60,953 bases of DNA, taken from assembly GCA_037140715.1 (NCBI GenBank), contig JBAXDX010000002.1, positions 1 through 60,953 on the forward strand, read 5' to 3'. This document shows, one piece after another, positions 20,562-29,468 of this stretch. The first letter of the stretch is position 1; each line of letters opens with the position of its first letter. The notes under the pieces were generated by a model. It worked only from the letters and a program-made list of their open reading frames with translations. It had not been told where the DNA came from and did no database searches. The position numbers and the translations under genes were made by a program. Source of the DNA: Ignavibacteria bacterium. Its GTDB lineage: Bacteria; Bacteroidota; Ignavibacteria; Ignavibacteriales; SURF-24.

Positions 20562-21419
20562 ATGGCAACAACCACCCCAAAAAAAAATGCTAAGAAAGCT
20601 GATACAGCTTCTGAAGCCGTGAAAACTGCCGCTGTAAAAAAAACAGATAAAAAAAACGCCGGCAAACCTGTTGAAGAAAAAGAAATTCCTAAGAAGAAAA
20701 ATGTTCCAGTTAAAGAAAAGGAAATTATGGAAAAGGGAACAGCTAAAAAGACCGATACTAAGTCAGGTATTACTCCCGCACCTGAGTCGGGAAATAAAAA
20801 AGAAACAACTAAAGAAGCAGAAGTAATAGAGACTGAAGTTAAAGATATCGCTGTATCTGCAAAAGGGAAAAAAAATGTGCAGGAAGAAAAACAGATTGTA
20901 GCAGAGAACATTATTACTCCGGATTTACCGGAAGCTGAAACTAATCCGCAGCATGAATATCCTTTGCCGATAGTTGAAATTACTTCGCCAAAGAAAAATG
21001 TTCGTAAAGTAAAGGGTTATTCAAAGGTGGAACTGGAAAATTTCAAAAAAATTATTCTTGAGAAACGCTCTGAGATAATCGATCAGCTTCAAAACCTCAG
21101 AGACCAGATGATGGACCCGGCCACAGGGCAGTATGTAAATGAGAACTCGCCATACTCGTTGCACATGGCTGAACAGGGTACAGATGCTATGGAAAGGGAG
21201 AAGGTTTTCCTCTGGGCCCAACGAGAGAATAAATTCCTTAGTTATCTTGAAGATGCGCTTCACAGAATTGAAAATGGTACTTACGGCATCTGCATTGACT
21301 GTATTGATGAGCCTCAGAATCTTTGTCCATCCTGTCCTTTAATTTCAAAGGAAAGATTGATAGCTGTTCCGCATAGCCAGTTATGTCTGCCAGTAAAGGC
21401 AAAACAGGAAAAATGGTAG
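20562..21419 (+). CDS. TraR/DksA-family C4 zinc-finger protein with a ~150-aa Lys/Glu/Thr-rich N-terminal extension
   Basis: C-terminal half: YSKVELENFKKIILEKR.., LEDALHRIENGTYGICIDC..CPSC..ISKERLIAVPHSQLC. It lies between ileS and lspA, as ylyA does in Bacillus. AGGAGG precedes the ATG. Confidence 0.75.
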   Translation: MATTTPKKNAKKADTASEAVKTAAVKKTDKKNAGKPVEEKEIPKKKNVPVKEKEIMEKGTAKKTDTKSGITPAPESGNKKETTKEAEVIETEVKDIAVSAKGKKNVQEEKQIVAENIITPDLPEAETNPQHEYPLPIVEITSPKKNVRKVKGYSKVELENFKKIILEKRSEIIDQLQNLRDQMMDPATGQYVNENSPYSLHMAEQGTDAMEREKVFLWAQRENKFLSYLEDALHRIENGTYGICIDCIDEPQNLCPSCPLISKERLIAVPHSQLCLPVKAKQEKW

Positions 21420-21518
21420 AATAGTATAAACAGCACCCGGAATTTTTATTGAGAGTATTATTTTTGGCTCTTAATAGTTCAGAGAATATTGAAAAATAAA
21501 TAATCATCGGACTTATGT

Positions 21519-22115
21519 GTGAGAGTATTAATAATAACTTTCTTTATCGTAATAGCTGACCAGTTTACTAAACTGCTGATTAAAGGTTATAACATTCCTT
21601 TCCTTAATATTCAGCATAAGGGTTTACTATACGGCGACAGGCATGACGTGCTTGGGCAGTTCTTAAGAATAACTTATATTGAAAACCCTGGTATGGCTTT
21701 CGGTATCGATTTCGGCGTGTCGTCAAAACTGTTCTTATCGCTATTCTCAGTATTTGCAAGCTTCGGTATTGTTTACTATCTCTATAAAATTCAGAAAGAA
21801 AGCATTGCCATTCGAGTTTCGCTTGCTGTAGTGCTTGGTGGCGCGATTGGCAATCTTATCGACAGAGTATTCTACGGCATTTTCTACGGATATGCTCCGC
21901 TTTTTTACGGTAAGGTAGTGGACTTTATCGATGTTGACTTTTTCACTATTAATCTTTTCGGCTATAGCTACGACCGCTGGCCGATTTTTAATGTCGCAGA
22001 TATGGCTGTTTCCATAGGTGTAATCTTGTTGTTATTCTTTACAGGTAAATCAACACCGATGCCCGTTGAGGGTGAAGCTCACTCAGTTTCAACTCAGGAA
22101 AACGAAAAGCCGTAA
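21519..22115 (+). CDS. lspA: Lipoprotein signal peptidase (signal peptidase II)
   Basis: IADQFTK, IENPGMAFG, GGAIGNLIDR, VVDFIDV.., WPIFNVADMAVSIG. GTG start. Confidence 0.88.
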   Translation: MRVLIITFFIVIADQFTKLLIKGYNIPFLNIQHKGLLYGDRHDVLGQFLRITYIENPGMAFGIDFGVSSKLFLSLFSVFASFGIVYYLYKIQKESIAIRVSLAVVLGGAIGNLIDRVFYGIFYGYAPLFYGKVVDFIDVDFFTINLFGYSYDRWPIFNVADMAVSIGVILLLFFTGKSTPMPVEGEAHSVSTQENEKP

Positions 22116-22121
22116 TAAAAT

Positions 22122-22171
22122 ATATCTGAATTATGATCCATTTCATTCTGACTGCGTTATCATATAATCAT
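22122..22171 (-). repeat. Family-A element, left half, inverted orientation
   Basis: The reverse complement reads atgattatatgataacgcagtcagaatgaaatggatcataattcagatat, matching 27243-27290. Confidence 0.7.
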
Positions 22172-22175
22172 ACTT

Positions 22176-22204
22176 TTGACATTTTTACGTAACATGAGTA
22201 AATA
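22176..22204 (+). promoter_or_regulatory. Sigma-70-like promoter candidate for rluD (TTGACA-17 nt-TAAATA)
   Basis: TTGACA at 22176-22181 and TAAATA at 22199-22204, 41 nt before the rluD ATG. It sits in a segment that resembles the 3' tail of family-A elements. Confidence 0.3.
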
Positions 22205-22244
22205 AAATCTCTATAAACTGCTAATTAAAAACCAGGACAATACA

Positions 22245-23225
22245 ATGACGGAACTGATCACAGAGAAAAAATATAATTTTGAAGTCCCGCCGGGTAAAAA
22301 AAAAGAAAGGATAGATGTTTTTATTACCAACCTGATTGAAAATGCTACACGATCTAAAATTCAGAAGCTTATCGAAGCCGGACTCGTTCTTGTAAATGGC
22401 AAAATTATAAAATCCAATCATAATATTTCTCCGCTTGATAACATCGATGTTTCCATACCGACTTCGCCCCGTCCTGAAAATACCGAAGCAGAAGATATCC
22501 CGCTTGATATTATTTACGAAGATGAATATTTTTTGATAGTTAACAAACCGGCCGGAATGGTAGCTCACCCGGCTTATGCAAACTATACAGGCACTCTTGT
22601 TAATGCGTTGCTTCATCATTCACAGAAGTTAAGTGATGTAAACGAACCCGGCCGTCCTGGTATTGTTCATAGGATAGATAAAGATACAAGCGGTATTCTT
22701 GTAGTTGCCAAAGACGATGTTACTCATGCCAGACTTGCAGTACAGTTTGCAAAGCACACTATTGAAAGGGAATATCAGGCTGTCTGCTGGGGTTTATTTA
22801 AGGAACCAGAGGGCGTTATTGGCAAGAACATTGCACGCTGTAAATCCGACCGCAAGAAATTCTGCGTTAGCGAGAATGAAGGTAAGACCGCGACTACATT
22901 ATTTTCGGTAATCGAAGAATTTGAGTTTGCCTCTCTTGTAAAACTTAATCTTAAGACTGGCAGAACTCATCAGCTAAGAGTTCACCTGTCGAGTATTAAT
23001 CATCCTATCTTTGGCGATGTAACCTACGGTGGCAATAAAATTGTTTATGGCGCAACTCTGCCCAAAATGAAAAACAGGATAGATAACCTGCTTGAAGCTA
23101 TGCCGCGTCAGGCGTTGCATGCAAAGACTCTTGGCTTTTATCACCCTTATACAAAGGAATTGGTAAGGTTTGACTCGCCCCTGCCCAAAGATATGCTTGA
23201 GCTTATAGAAAAACTCAGGAATTAA
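22245..23225 (+). CDS. rluD: 23S rRNA pseudouridine synthase, RluD/RluA family
   Basis: S4-like N-terminus (RIDVFITNL..SKIQKLIEAGLVLVNG), FLIVNKPAGMVAHP, HRIDKDTSGILVVAK, RTHQLRVH. Confidence 0.9.
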   Translation: MTELITEKKYNFEVPPGKKKERIDVFITNLIENATRSKIQKLIEAGLVLVNGKIIKSNHNISPLDNIDVSIPTSPRPENTEAEDIPLDIIYEDEYFLIVNKPAGMVAHPAYANYTGTLVNALLHHSQKLSDVNEPGRPGIVHRIDKDTSGILVVAKDDVTHARLAVQFAKHTIEREYQAVCWGLFKEPEGVIGKNIARCKSDRKKFCVSENEGKTATTLFSVIEEFEFASLVKLNLKTGRTHQLRVHLSSINHPIFGDVTYGGNKIVYGATLPKMKNRIDNLLEAMPRQALHAKTLGFYHPYTKELVRFDSPLPKDMLELIEKLRN

Positions 23226-24435
23226 CTCCCCAGACTGCCATAGCTTCTTCAAACGGTTTGAGCGCTCTTGGAACTGCTCCGTGCATATATGAAATCAGTA
23301 CGCCGTAATTAACAATCGGAATATCGAGCAGCTTAGCCTGATTAATTCTTACCTGCATAGCTCTTCGTGTAAGCATACAGCCTCCGCAGTGGACTATAAG
23401 CCTGTAGTCGGCAAGATTCTCCGGGAAATCTTCTCCGCCTTTAACTTCAATATCAAGGTCTTTCTTTGTATGAAGCCTAAGCCATCGCGGAATCTTTACC
23501 TTGCCGATATCATCTTCCCTGGCGTGATGCGAGCAGGATTCGGCAACCAGTACTTTATCTCCATTCTGTAACTCATCGACTCTCTTTAATCCGCGGACAA
23601 ATGTTGGCAGGTCTCCTTTATAGCGCGCCATAAGAATTGAAAATGTGGTAAGCGGAATTTCATCCGGCACATCCGCGGCTACTTTCATAATTGACTGACT
23701 GTCGGTAATGACAAGCTTGGGCGGCTCCTTTAGTTTATTTAATGCCGAACGTAGTTCCTTATCTTTGGTAACTATGCATATTGTATCGGAATCAAGCGCT
23801 TCCCTGATTGTCTGAACCTGTGGCAGTATAAGCCTGCCTTTGGGAGCACCAAGGTCAATCGGTACAACCAGTACGATTACATCCCCCTGTTTTACAAGGT
23901 CCGCAATGAGTGGTGGTTCAATTTCAACCGGAATAAGCTTTGCAATTTTCTCTTTTAGTTCCTTAATCCCGGTATTATCTAGGCACGAGACTTTAAAATG
24001 TTTTACAGGTATATGCTCTGCATCGTCAAGCAGGGATTTATTTATTCCGCGGTCAGTTTTGTTCAGAGCTATTACAAACGGTACATTTAATTTATTCAGG
24101 TTCTCAAAAAGATTCCTTTCCTTATCGCTCAGATTATCTGAAGCATCGAGAACTACGACTGCAAAATCAGCCGAGGCGAGTGCCTTTATAGTTTTGCTGA
24201 TCCTTTTCTCTCCGAGTTCGCCGGCATCGTCAATGCCTGCCGTATCAATTAAAACTACCGGACCGAAGGGAAGCAACTCCATTGCTTTTTTAACAGGGTC
24301 GGTCGTAGTGCCAGGAGTGTCGCTTACAATACAAAGGTCCTGTCCGATAAAAGCATTTACAAGCGAACTTTTTCCTGCGTTCCGTTTCCCGATAAATGCT
24401 ATATGCGTCCTTTCGGATTTTGGTGTGCTATTCAA
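23215..24435 (-). CDS. hydF: [FeFe]-hydrogenase H-cluster maturation GTPase
   Basis: G1 GKRNAGKSS, DTPGT, DTAG, NKTD. C-terminal cluster ligands ESCSHH ... VHCGGC (CxH...HCxxC). TTG start overlaps the upstream gene stop by 8 nt. Confidence 0.85.
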   Translation of the reverse strand: MNSTPKSERTHIAFIGKRNAGKSSLVNAFIGQDLCIVSDTPGTTTDPVKKAMELLPFGPVVLIDTAGIDDAGELGEKRISKTIKALASADFAVVVLDASDNLSDKERNLFENLNKLNVPFVIALNKTDRGINKSLLDDAEHIPVKHFKVSCLDNTGIKELKEKIAKLIPVEIEPPLIADLVKQGDVIVLVVPIDLGAPKGRLILPQVQTIREALDSDTICIVTKDKELRSALNKLKEPPKLVITDSQSIMKVAADVPDEIPLTTFSILMARYKGDLPTFVRGLKRVDELQNGDKVLVAESCSHHAREDDIGKVKIPRWLRLHTKKDLDIEVKGGEDFPENLADYRLIVHCGGCMLTRRAMQVRINQAKLLDIPIVNYGVLISYMHGAVPRALKPFEEAMAVWGVNS

Positions 24436-25837
24436 TTTCGATACCTAATCCTTTTGAAATAATACTGGAAAATTCAGTCTTTGGAAGTAATCCGCTTGTA
24501 ACTACCGCATTGATGAATGGAATTTTATGAGTTTCGGCGTATTTTACAACTTCTTCGACAGTCTCATAACCATACTCAGTAATAAACGATGCTGCCAGAG
24601 CAGTTGACTCGATAAGATTCTGTCTGCATTTGTCCGGATTTGCTTTTATACCCGCGATACATTTTTCCGCGAGCGTTAGATTTGTTTTGCCTAAGAGTTC
24701 AATCGATTTTAAGAAGATATGGCTTATCATTGGCAGAAAAGGATTCAGCTCCAGATGTCCCTGTGAAACAAGGTTTGAAATAATAACATCGTTACCTTTA
24801 ATAAGCTCGCCAATCTGAACGGCATGCTCTAAAATCACAGGATTAACCTTGCCGGGCATAATTGAAGAACCCGCCTGCATCGGAGGCAACGAGATTTCTC
24901 CGATGCCCCCTTTAGGTCCGCTGGATAAAAACCTCAAATCATTTGATATTTTGATAATAGACGTAGCTCCGGCTTTTATAAGCCCATGCACCTCAACAAA
25001 AACATCCATATTCTGCGTAACATCAATCAGGTCTTCACCTTTTGCAATCGGAAGCCCTGTTATTTTCTTTAGGATATTGTTTACACTAAGAACATAATTT
25101 CCTGAAGCTGTTACCGAATTGCCGACAGCCGTACCTCCGAGATTAACCGAACGCAGGCGTTCTTCGGCGTTATAAAGCCTCCAGCGGTCGCGTGCGATTG
25201 CCTGCGCATAAGCCCCAAACTCCTGACCGAGTGTAATCGGAACTGCATCCTGATACTCCGTGCGTCCAAGTTTCAGTATCGACTTAAATTCTGTCTCCTT
25301 TGCCTGAAGTGTACTCTGAAGCTTCGCGAATGAATCTGCCAGTTCTCTTAAAAGAAAAATTGAAGCAATCTTCAGAGCCGTAGGATATGTATCGTTTGTG
25401 GACTGCGACATATTTACTGTATCGAGCGGATGAACGGATGAATATTCGCCGTAATTTTTACCGAGGATTTTAAGCGCCGTATTCGCGATTATCTCATTAA
25501 CATTCATATTAAGCGAAGTGCCTGCTCCGCCCTGATACGGGTCAACAATAATTTTGGAATAAATTGAGTCCGATTCATGTTTAAGAGCAAGCTCCGTCTC
25601 ATCAAAAAGCTGATCTATTGCACCCTCGATTGCGTCATACTTTCCCTTAGACAGAAGTCCGCATTTTAAATTAGTCTCAGCCGCTGCCAGCTTCACCATC
25701 AGATACGCTTTTATAAGGTAAGGATTTATTTTTTCATTAGAAGAGGGAAAGTTAACTTTGCTCCGGTAAGCGTGAATGCCGTATAGGGCTTCATCCGGTA
25801 GCGAAACTTCTCCCAAAGAGTCTTTTTCTGTTCGCAT
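24428..25837 (-). CDS. Aspartate ammonia-lyase family protein (fumarase/aspartase class II superfamily)
   Basis: TQSTNDTYPTA and the signature GSSIMPGKVNP, 469 aa. Assignment to aspartase rather than fumarase is by overall resemblance only. Confidence 0.8.
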   Translation of the reverse strand: MRTEKDSLGEVSLPDEALYGIHAYRSKVNFPSSNEKINPYLIKAYLMVKLAAAETNLKCGLLSKGKYDAIEGAIDQLFDETELALKHESDSIYSKIIVDPYQGGAGTSLNMNVNEIIANTALKILGKNYGEYSSVHPLDTVNMSQSTNDTYPTALKIASIFLLRELADSFAKLQSTLQAKETEFKSILKLGRTEYQDAVPITLGQEFGAYAQAIARDRWRLYNAEERLRSVNLGGTAVGNSVTASGNYVLSVNNILKKITGLPIAKGEDLIDVTQNMDVFVEVHGLIKAGATSIIKISNDLRFLSSGPKGGIGEISLPPMQAGSSIMPGKVNPVILEHAVQIGELIKGNDVIISNLVSQGHLELNPFLPMISHIFLKSIELLGKTNLTLAEKCIAGIKANPDKCRQNLIESTALAASFITEYGYETVEEVVKYAETHKIPFINAVVTSGLLPKTEFSSIISKGLGIEIE

Positions 25838-25899
25838 CTTTATATAATTTCATAAAATACGAGAAATATTTTATTGAAATATACAAAAAAAAACCGCGC

Positions 25900-26590
25900 G
25901 AATTGTAGAATTCGGCATTATTAACATATTATAGCTAATTCATTATTCCATCTAAGCATCAGCAATTTTACAGAACAGACTAACATATATTTTGCTTTTG
26001 TGTAGCATTTTGATTTGATTCTTAATCCTGCCGGAAAATGCCTGAAAAGACTATTATAACCTCCTGCCGTAAAAGTTCCCTTTTTGGATTGTACATGTTG
26101 TTACCGTGGTACAAACTTCTCATAAGCTTTCCGGTAATCCGGGCATACTATCCCTTTCGAGTACTTCATGATTTTCGCCCGGAGCTTTTTGCCTGTTTCG
26201 GTGTACCTGGTACCAGCTTCGAAGCTGATGAACCTGTGCCCATTCCTGTCAACAGCAATCCGGATCCGGCAGAAGTTTTTTTTGACTATATATGTATGCA
26301 TTTCATCCGGTTTCTCTCCAAAGGACTTTATCCGGTTATATACAGCAACATGGCTGACATTTGAGATCCTTCCTGTGGAACGAAACCCGATGCCTTCCGG
26401 ATATAATATCAATGCCTCTTTTTTCATCCTGACCGGTTTGCCGGTCTGTTCAACAGTAAAGTGAAGGGCACAGTCTTTACAATAATATCTTTGTTTTGAT
26501 CTGACAATACCGTCCTTGCGGAAGTTTTTACTTAACTCCATTTTTGTTCCGCAACATAGATGGACTATCAGGAATTAACAATGTCAAAAA
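25900..26590 (-). mobile_element. Possible extent of the IS1-like remnant
   Basis: Imperfect inverted repeat attgtagaattc (25900-25911) versus the reverse complement of 26577-26588 (attgttaattc). The match is weak and no target duplication was seen. Confidence 0.3.
25921..26541 (-). pseudogene. IS1-family transposase, decayed: in-frame TAA at 26101-26103, N-terminal CxxC pair missing
   Basis: SKQRYYCKDCALHF (zinc finger), SNVSHVAVYNRIKSFG (HTH), RIRIAVDRNGHRFISFEAGTR (DDE region). Past the TAA the same frame continues for 59 codons, QHVQSKKGTFTAGGYNSLFRHFPAGLRIKSKCYTKAKYML.., matching the IS1 C-terminus. Confidence 0.75.
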
Positions 26591-26697
26591 ATGGATGCCC
26601 GTCAGGAATTGGGCGTATGTTTTTTCTAAATATCTCTGACTTTTGATTTTTTTCATTTATACAAAAATATTTACACTCTCCGTTTATCTCAATTAAT

Positions 26698-27096
26698 GGT
26701 TCGTTCAACTTGCCAGAAGCTTCGTTCATTTCAAATAATGCTTCGTTCAATTCGCCAGAAGCTTCGTTCAACTCGAATAATGGTTCGTTCATCTTGATAG
26801 AAGCTTCGCTCGACTCGATAGAAGCTTCGTTCATTTCAAATAATAGTTTGCTCGACTCGATAGAAGCTTCGTTCAACTCAAATAATGCTTCGTTCATTTC
26901 GATAGAAGCTTCGTTCAACTCGAATAATGCTTCGCTCGACTTGATAGAAGCTTCATTCAACTCGAATAATGCTTCGCTCGACTCGATAGAAGCTTCGTTC
27001 AACTCGAATAATGCTTCGCCCGACTTGATAGAAGCTTCGTTCATCTCGAATAATGGTTCGTTCGACTTGCCAGAAGCTTCGCTCAACTTGCCAGAA
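26698..27096. repeat. Satellite of 19 consecutive 21-nt units (GCTTCGYTCRAYTYGAWWRAA), alternating as a 42-nt higher-order unit
   Basis: Units start at 26698 + 21k with no phase slips. The array is open on both strands (ORFs 26568..27086 minus and 26710..27123 plus). Minus-strand reading gives heptads EALFELN/EASIESS. Confidence 0.9.
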
Positions 27097-27213
27097 GCCT
27101 CATTTTTGTCTGTTATTAAATAGGGAATGCTGTTTATTGCGAAAAATCAAACAATTAGTGGTATCAGCTCAATAATATATGACAATGCAAGCCATTAACT
27201 ACCTTCCTCTAAT

Positions 27214-27320
27214 CTGTGAAATCCGTTTAATCCGTGATTAGGATTATATGATAACGCAATCAGCATGAAATGAATCATAGTTAATTATCCAGTCATAAGA
27301 ATCATAGTTCTGATATTTTT
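27214..27320 (+). repeat. Family-A dispersed intergenic element, full copy
   Basis: ctgtgaaatccgtttaatccgtgattaggattatatgataacgcaatcagcatgaaatgaatcatagtt..aagaatcatagttctgatattttt. Matches 10454-10567, 10291-10338 and inverted 22122-22171. Confidence 0.75.
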
Positions 27321-27544
27321 ACATAACATAAGATAGTTATTTGACTTTATCAATGAAAGTCTTTAGTTTTGACCAGTATTATCAGTCATAACAATGCTTC
27401 CTACTGAAAAAGTTCTTCCATTTGCTAAAGCGGTAAATGAATTTAAAATACGATTTTGAATAAAACAGGAAAATATCTGCTGAATGCAGAGTACGGCAGA
27501 ACTGCCTGACTGCCACATAATAATTATATCTGGATTTTTGACTT

Positions 27545-29377
27545 ATGATTAAAAAACTGCTCCTTCTGTTTTTAATGGTTCTGCCGGTTAACAGTCATGC
27601 CCGGGAACTTTCAAAACTGCGGATTTCCGGTAAAGCCGAACGAATGCCGGGCGAACTGATTGACAGGGATGTCAGGGATATCAACGGAGAAGTCTGCGCA
27701 GGGATTATTGTAATAACGGATTTAACCGGCTTCGCTTATGCCTCCGGCAACAATATCGTAAAAATTAATTCCACTACCCCGGGCAAAGACTTTATTTTCC
27801 TTTCCCCGGGCGAACGCTTCCTGGAAATATTCTGCACAGGATTTGAACCAATGAAAATTATACTTAACAAGTATGGTATCAGATTAAACAGCGGAGAAGT
27901 CTGGCAGATTAAGGTTACAGGAGATAAAAAGCCCGATGTTTTCCCAATTAATATTATTACCGAACCCAAAGGTGCAGAGGTATTTATTGACAGTATATCC
28001 AAAGGAACCGGAACTACGTTCGAAACAAGTACAGGCGAACATTTCCTGCGGATTGAACTGAAAGGATATAAAATATTAGAAACTAAAATTGCAGTATCAA
28101 TAAAAAATATTTTATTTAATTATAAACTATCCGCCATAGAACAGGAAATAGTTGAAATACGCTCCTCACCAAACGATGCTACTATTTATCTGGATGGAAT
28201 TTCAGAGGGAATAACAGATAACCAGATATTCCGTTTCCCCGGTAACTATAAATTGCGGCTGACTAAGTCCGGCTATTTCGATGTTGAAAAGGAAATTGAA
28301 GTAAAGGAAGATACTGTAAACAGATTCCTTTTTGCACTTGTTAAAAATACGTCAACTTTGAAACTCGATATAACTCCTTCTGGCGCAGAGGTGGAAATTA
28401 ATAATAAAAATTACGGGAACGCAGGGGAAATAGAACTTGCACCGGGCAGTCATCAGCTTGTAATAAGGAAACCCGGATACAGAGAAGTAAAAAAAATAAT
28501 AACAATAGAGCTGAATCAGCCCGTTACAGAAACAATTACGCTTGAACCTGTAACCGGCAGTCTGCAGGTGAAAGTAACTCCTATTGAAGCTGAAGTAAAT
28601 TTGCTGAAAAATGGTAAGGTAATTGAAAACTGGAAAGGAGCCGGAACTATCAGGGACCTGATTATCGGGAGTTACGAGCTTGAAGCACAACTGGACGGCT
28701 ATGAAAAATGCACTAAAAGAATAGAACTGACTGAGGGCACAACAACAATGAAAGAGATGATATTAAAGGAATCCGGGATAATGATCCCTCCGGACTCAGG
28801 CTGTGATTCACAAATCACCTACGCAAATAAAATATATAACATAGTTAAAACAGGCAGTCAGTGCTGGTTAAAGGAAAACCTTGACACAGGTATAATGATA
28901 GATGGTAAACAGGACGCAGTCAATAATGGGAAAATCGAAAAGTATTGTTATGACAATGACCCTGATAATTGCGCAAAGTATGGCGGTTTATATCAGTGGA
29001 ATGAAGCTATGGCTTACAGCACAATACCCGGAACAAAAGGTATATGCCCTGATGGCTGGCATATCCCGACTAAAGCAGAGTACCAAACGTTAAAAGCAAC
29101 AGTCGAAGATGACGGTAACGCATTAAAAGCAGACAGACAAGGAATTGAAAACGGAGCAGGTACAAATACAAGCGGCTTTTCTGCATTGCTTGCGGGCTAC
29201 CGCTACTACAATGGTTTCTTCAGCAGTTTAGCAGGCTACACAAGTTACTGGAGTTCCACAGATTATAACACCACAGATGCATACTACATGTACTTATACA
29301 ACAATGACAGTAGCACCAGTATGTACAATTATAACAAAAATTATGGCTTTAGCATCAGATGCCTCAAAGATAATTAA
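27545..29377 (+). CDS. Secreted PEGA-repeat protein with a C-terminal FISUMP (Fibrobacter succinogenes major paralogous) domain, paralogue 1
   Basis: Signal peptide, a ~120-aa N-domain, and four PEGA-like modules (e.g. IITEPKGAEVFIDS..G, VEIRSSPNDATIYLDG). C-terminus: CWLKENLD..YCYDNDPDNCAKYGGLYQWNEAMA..ICPDGWHIPT..GFSALLAGYR..YWSST..GFSIRCLKD. Confidence 0.85.
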   Translation: MIKKLLLLFLMVLPVNSHARELSKLRISGKAERMPGELIDRDVRDINGEVCAGIIVITDLTGFAYASGNNIVKINSTTPGKDFIFLSPGERFLEIFCTGFEPMKIILNKYGIRLNSGEVWQIKVTGDKKPDVFPINIITEPKGAEVFIDSISKGTGTTFETSTGEHFLRIELKGYKILETKIAVSIKNILFNYKLSAIEQEIVEIRSSPNDATIYLDGISEGITDNQIFRFPGNYKLRLTKSGYFDVEKEIEVKEDTVNRFLFALVKNTSTLKLDITPSGAEVEINNKNYGNAGEIELAPGSHQLVIRKPGYREVKKIITIELNQPVTETITLEPVTGSLQVKVTPIEAEVNLLKNGKVIENWKGAGTIRDLIIGSYELEAQLDGYEKCTKRIELTEGTTTMKEMILKESGIMIPPDSGCDSQITYANKIYNIVKTGSQCWLKENLDTGIMIDGKQDAVNNGKIEKYCYDNDPDNCAKYGGLYQWNEAMAYSTIPGTKGICPDGWHIPTKAEYQTLKATVEDDGNALKADRQGIENGAGTNTSGFSALLAGYRYYNGFFSSLAGYTSYWSSTDYNTTDAYYMYLYNNDSSTSMYNYNKNYGFSIRCLKDN

Positions 29378-29468
29378 GCTGTTTAATTTTTAAGTTGACT
29401 GACACGGGCTTCAACCCCGCAAAAATGAAATAATAACATTTATCCAATTTAATCCATATTTTTAATTT

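Noticed and set aside
20546-20911. 121-aa antisense ORF inside the dksA/traR-like gene
   Set aside because: It is the shadow of the Lys-codon-rich (AAA/AAG) sense strand, which gives Phe/Ser/Leu runs.
23840-24448. Long antisense or alternative-frame ORFs within well-supported genes (also 4604..4978, 40707..41183, 47077..47631, 51819..52331, 53471..53827, 54088..54534, 31723..32130, 13601..14026)
   Set aside because: Each lies wholly inside a gene with clear family motifs on the other strand or frame, and none shows recognisable motifs.
26568-27123. ORFs 26568..27086 (-) and 26710..27123 (+) as confident protein genes
   Set aside because: Both are open only because the 21-nt unit is a multiple of three. 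They have TTG or weak starts and no Shine-Dalgarno sequence or signal peptide. They are listed as a repeat, and the coding option is kept only as a hypothesis in the findings.
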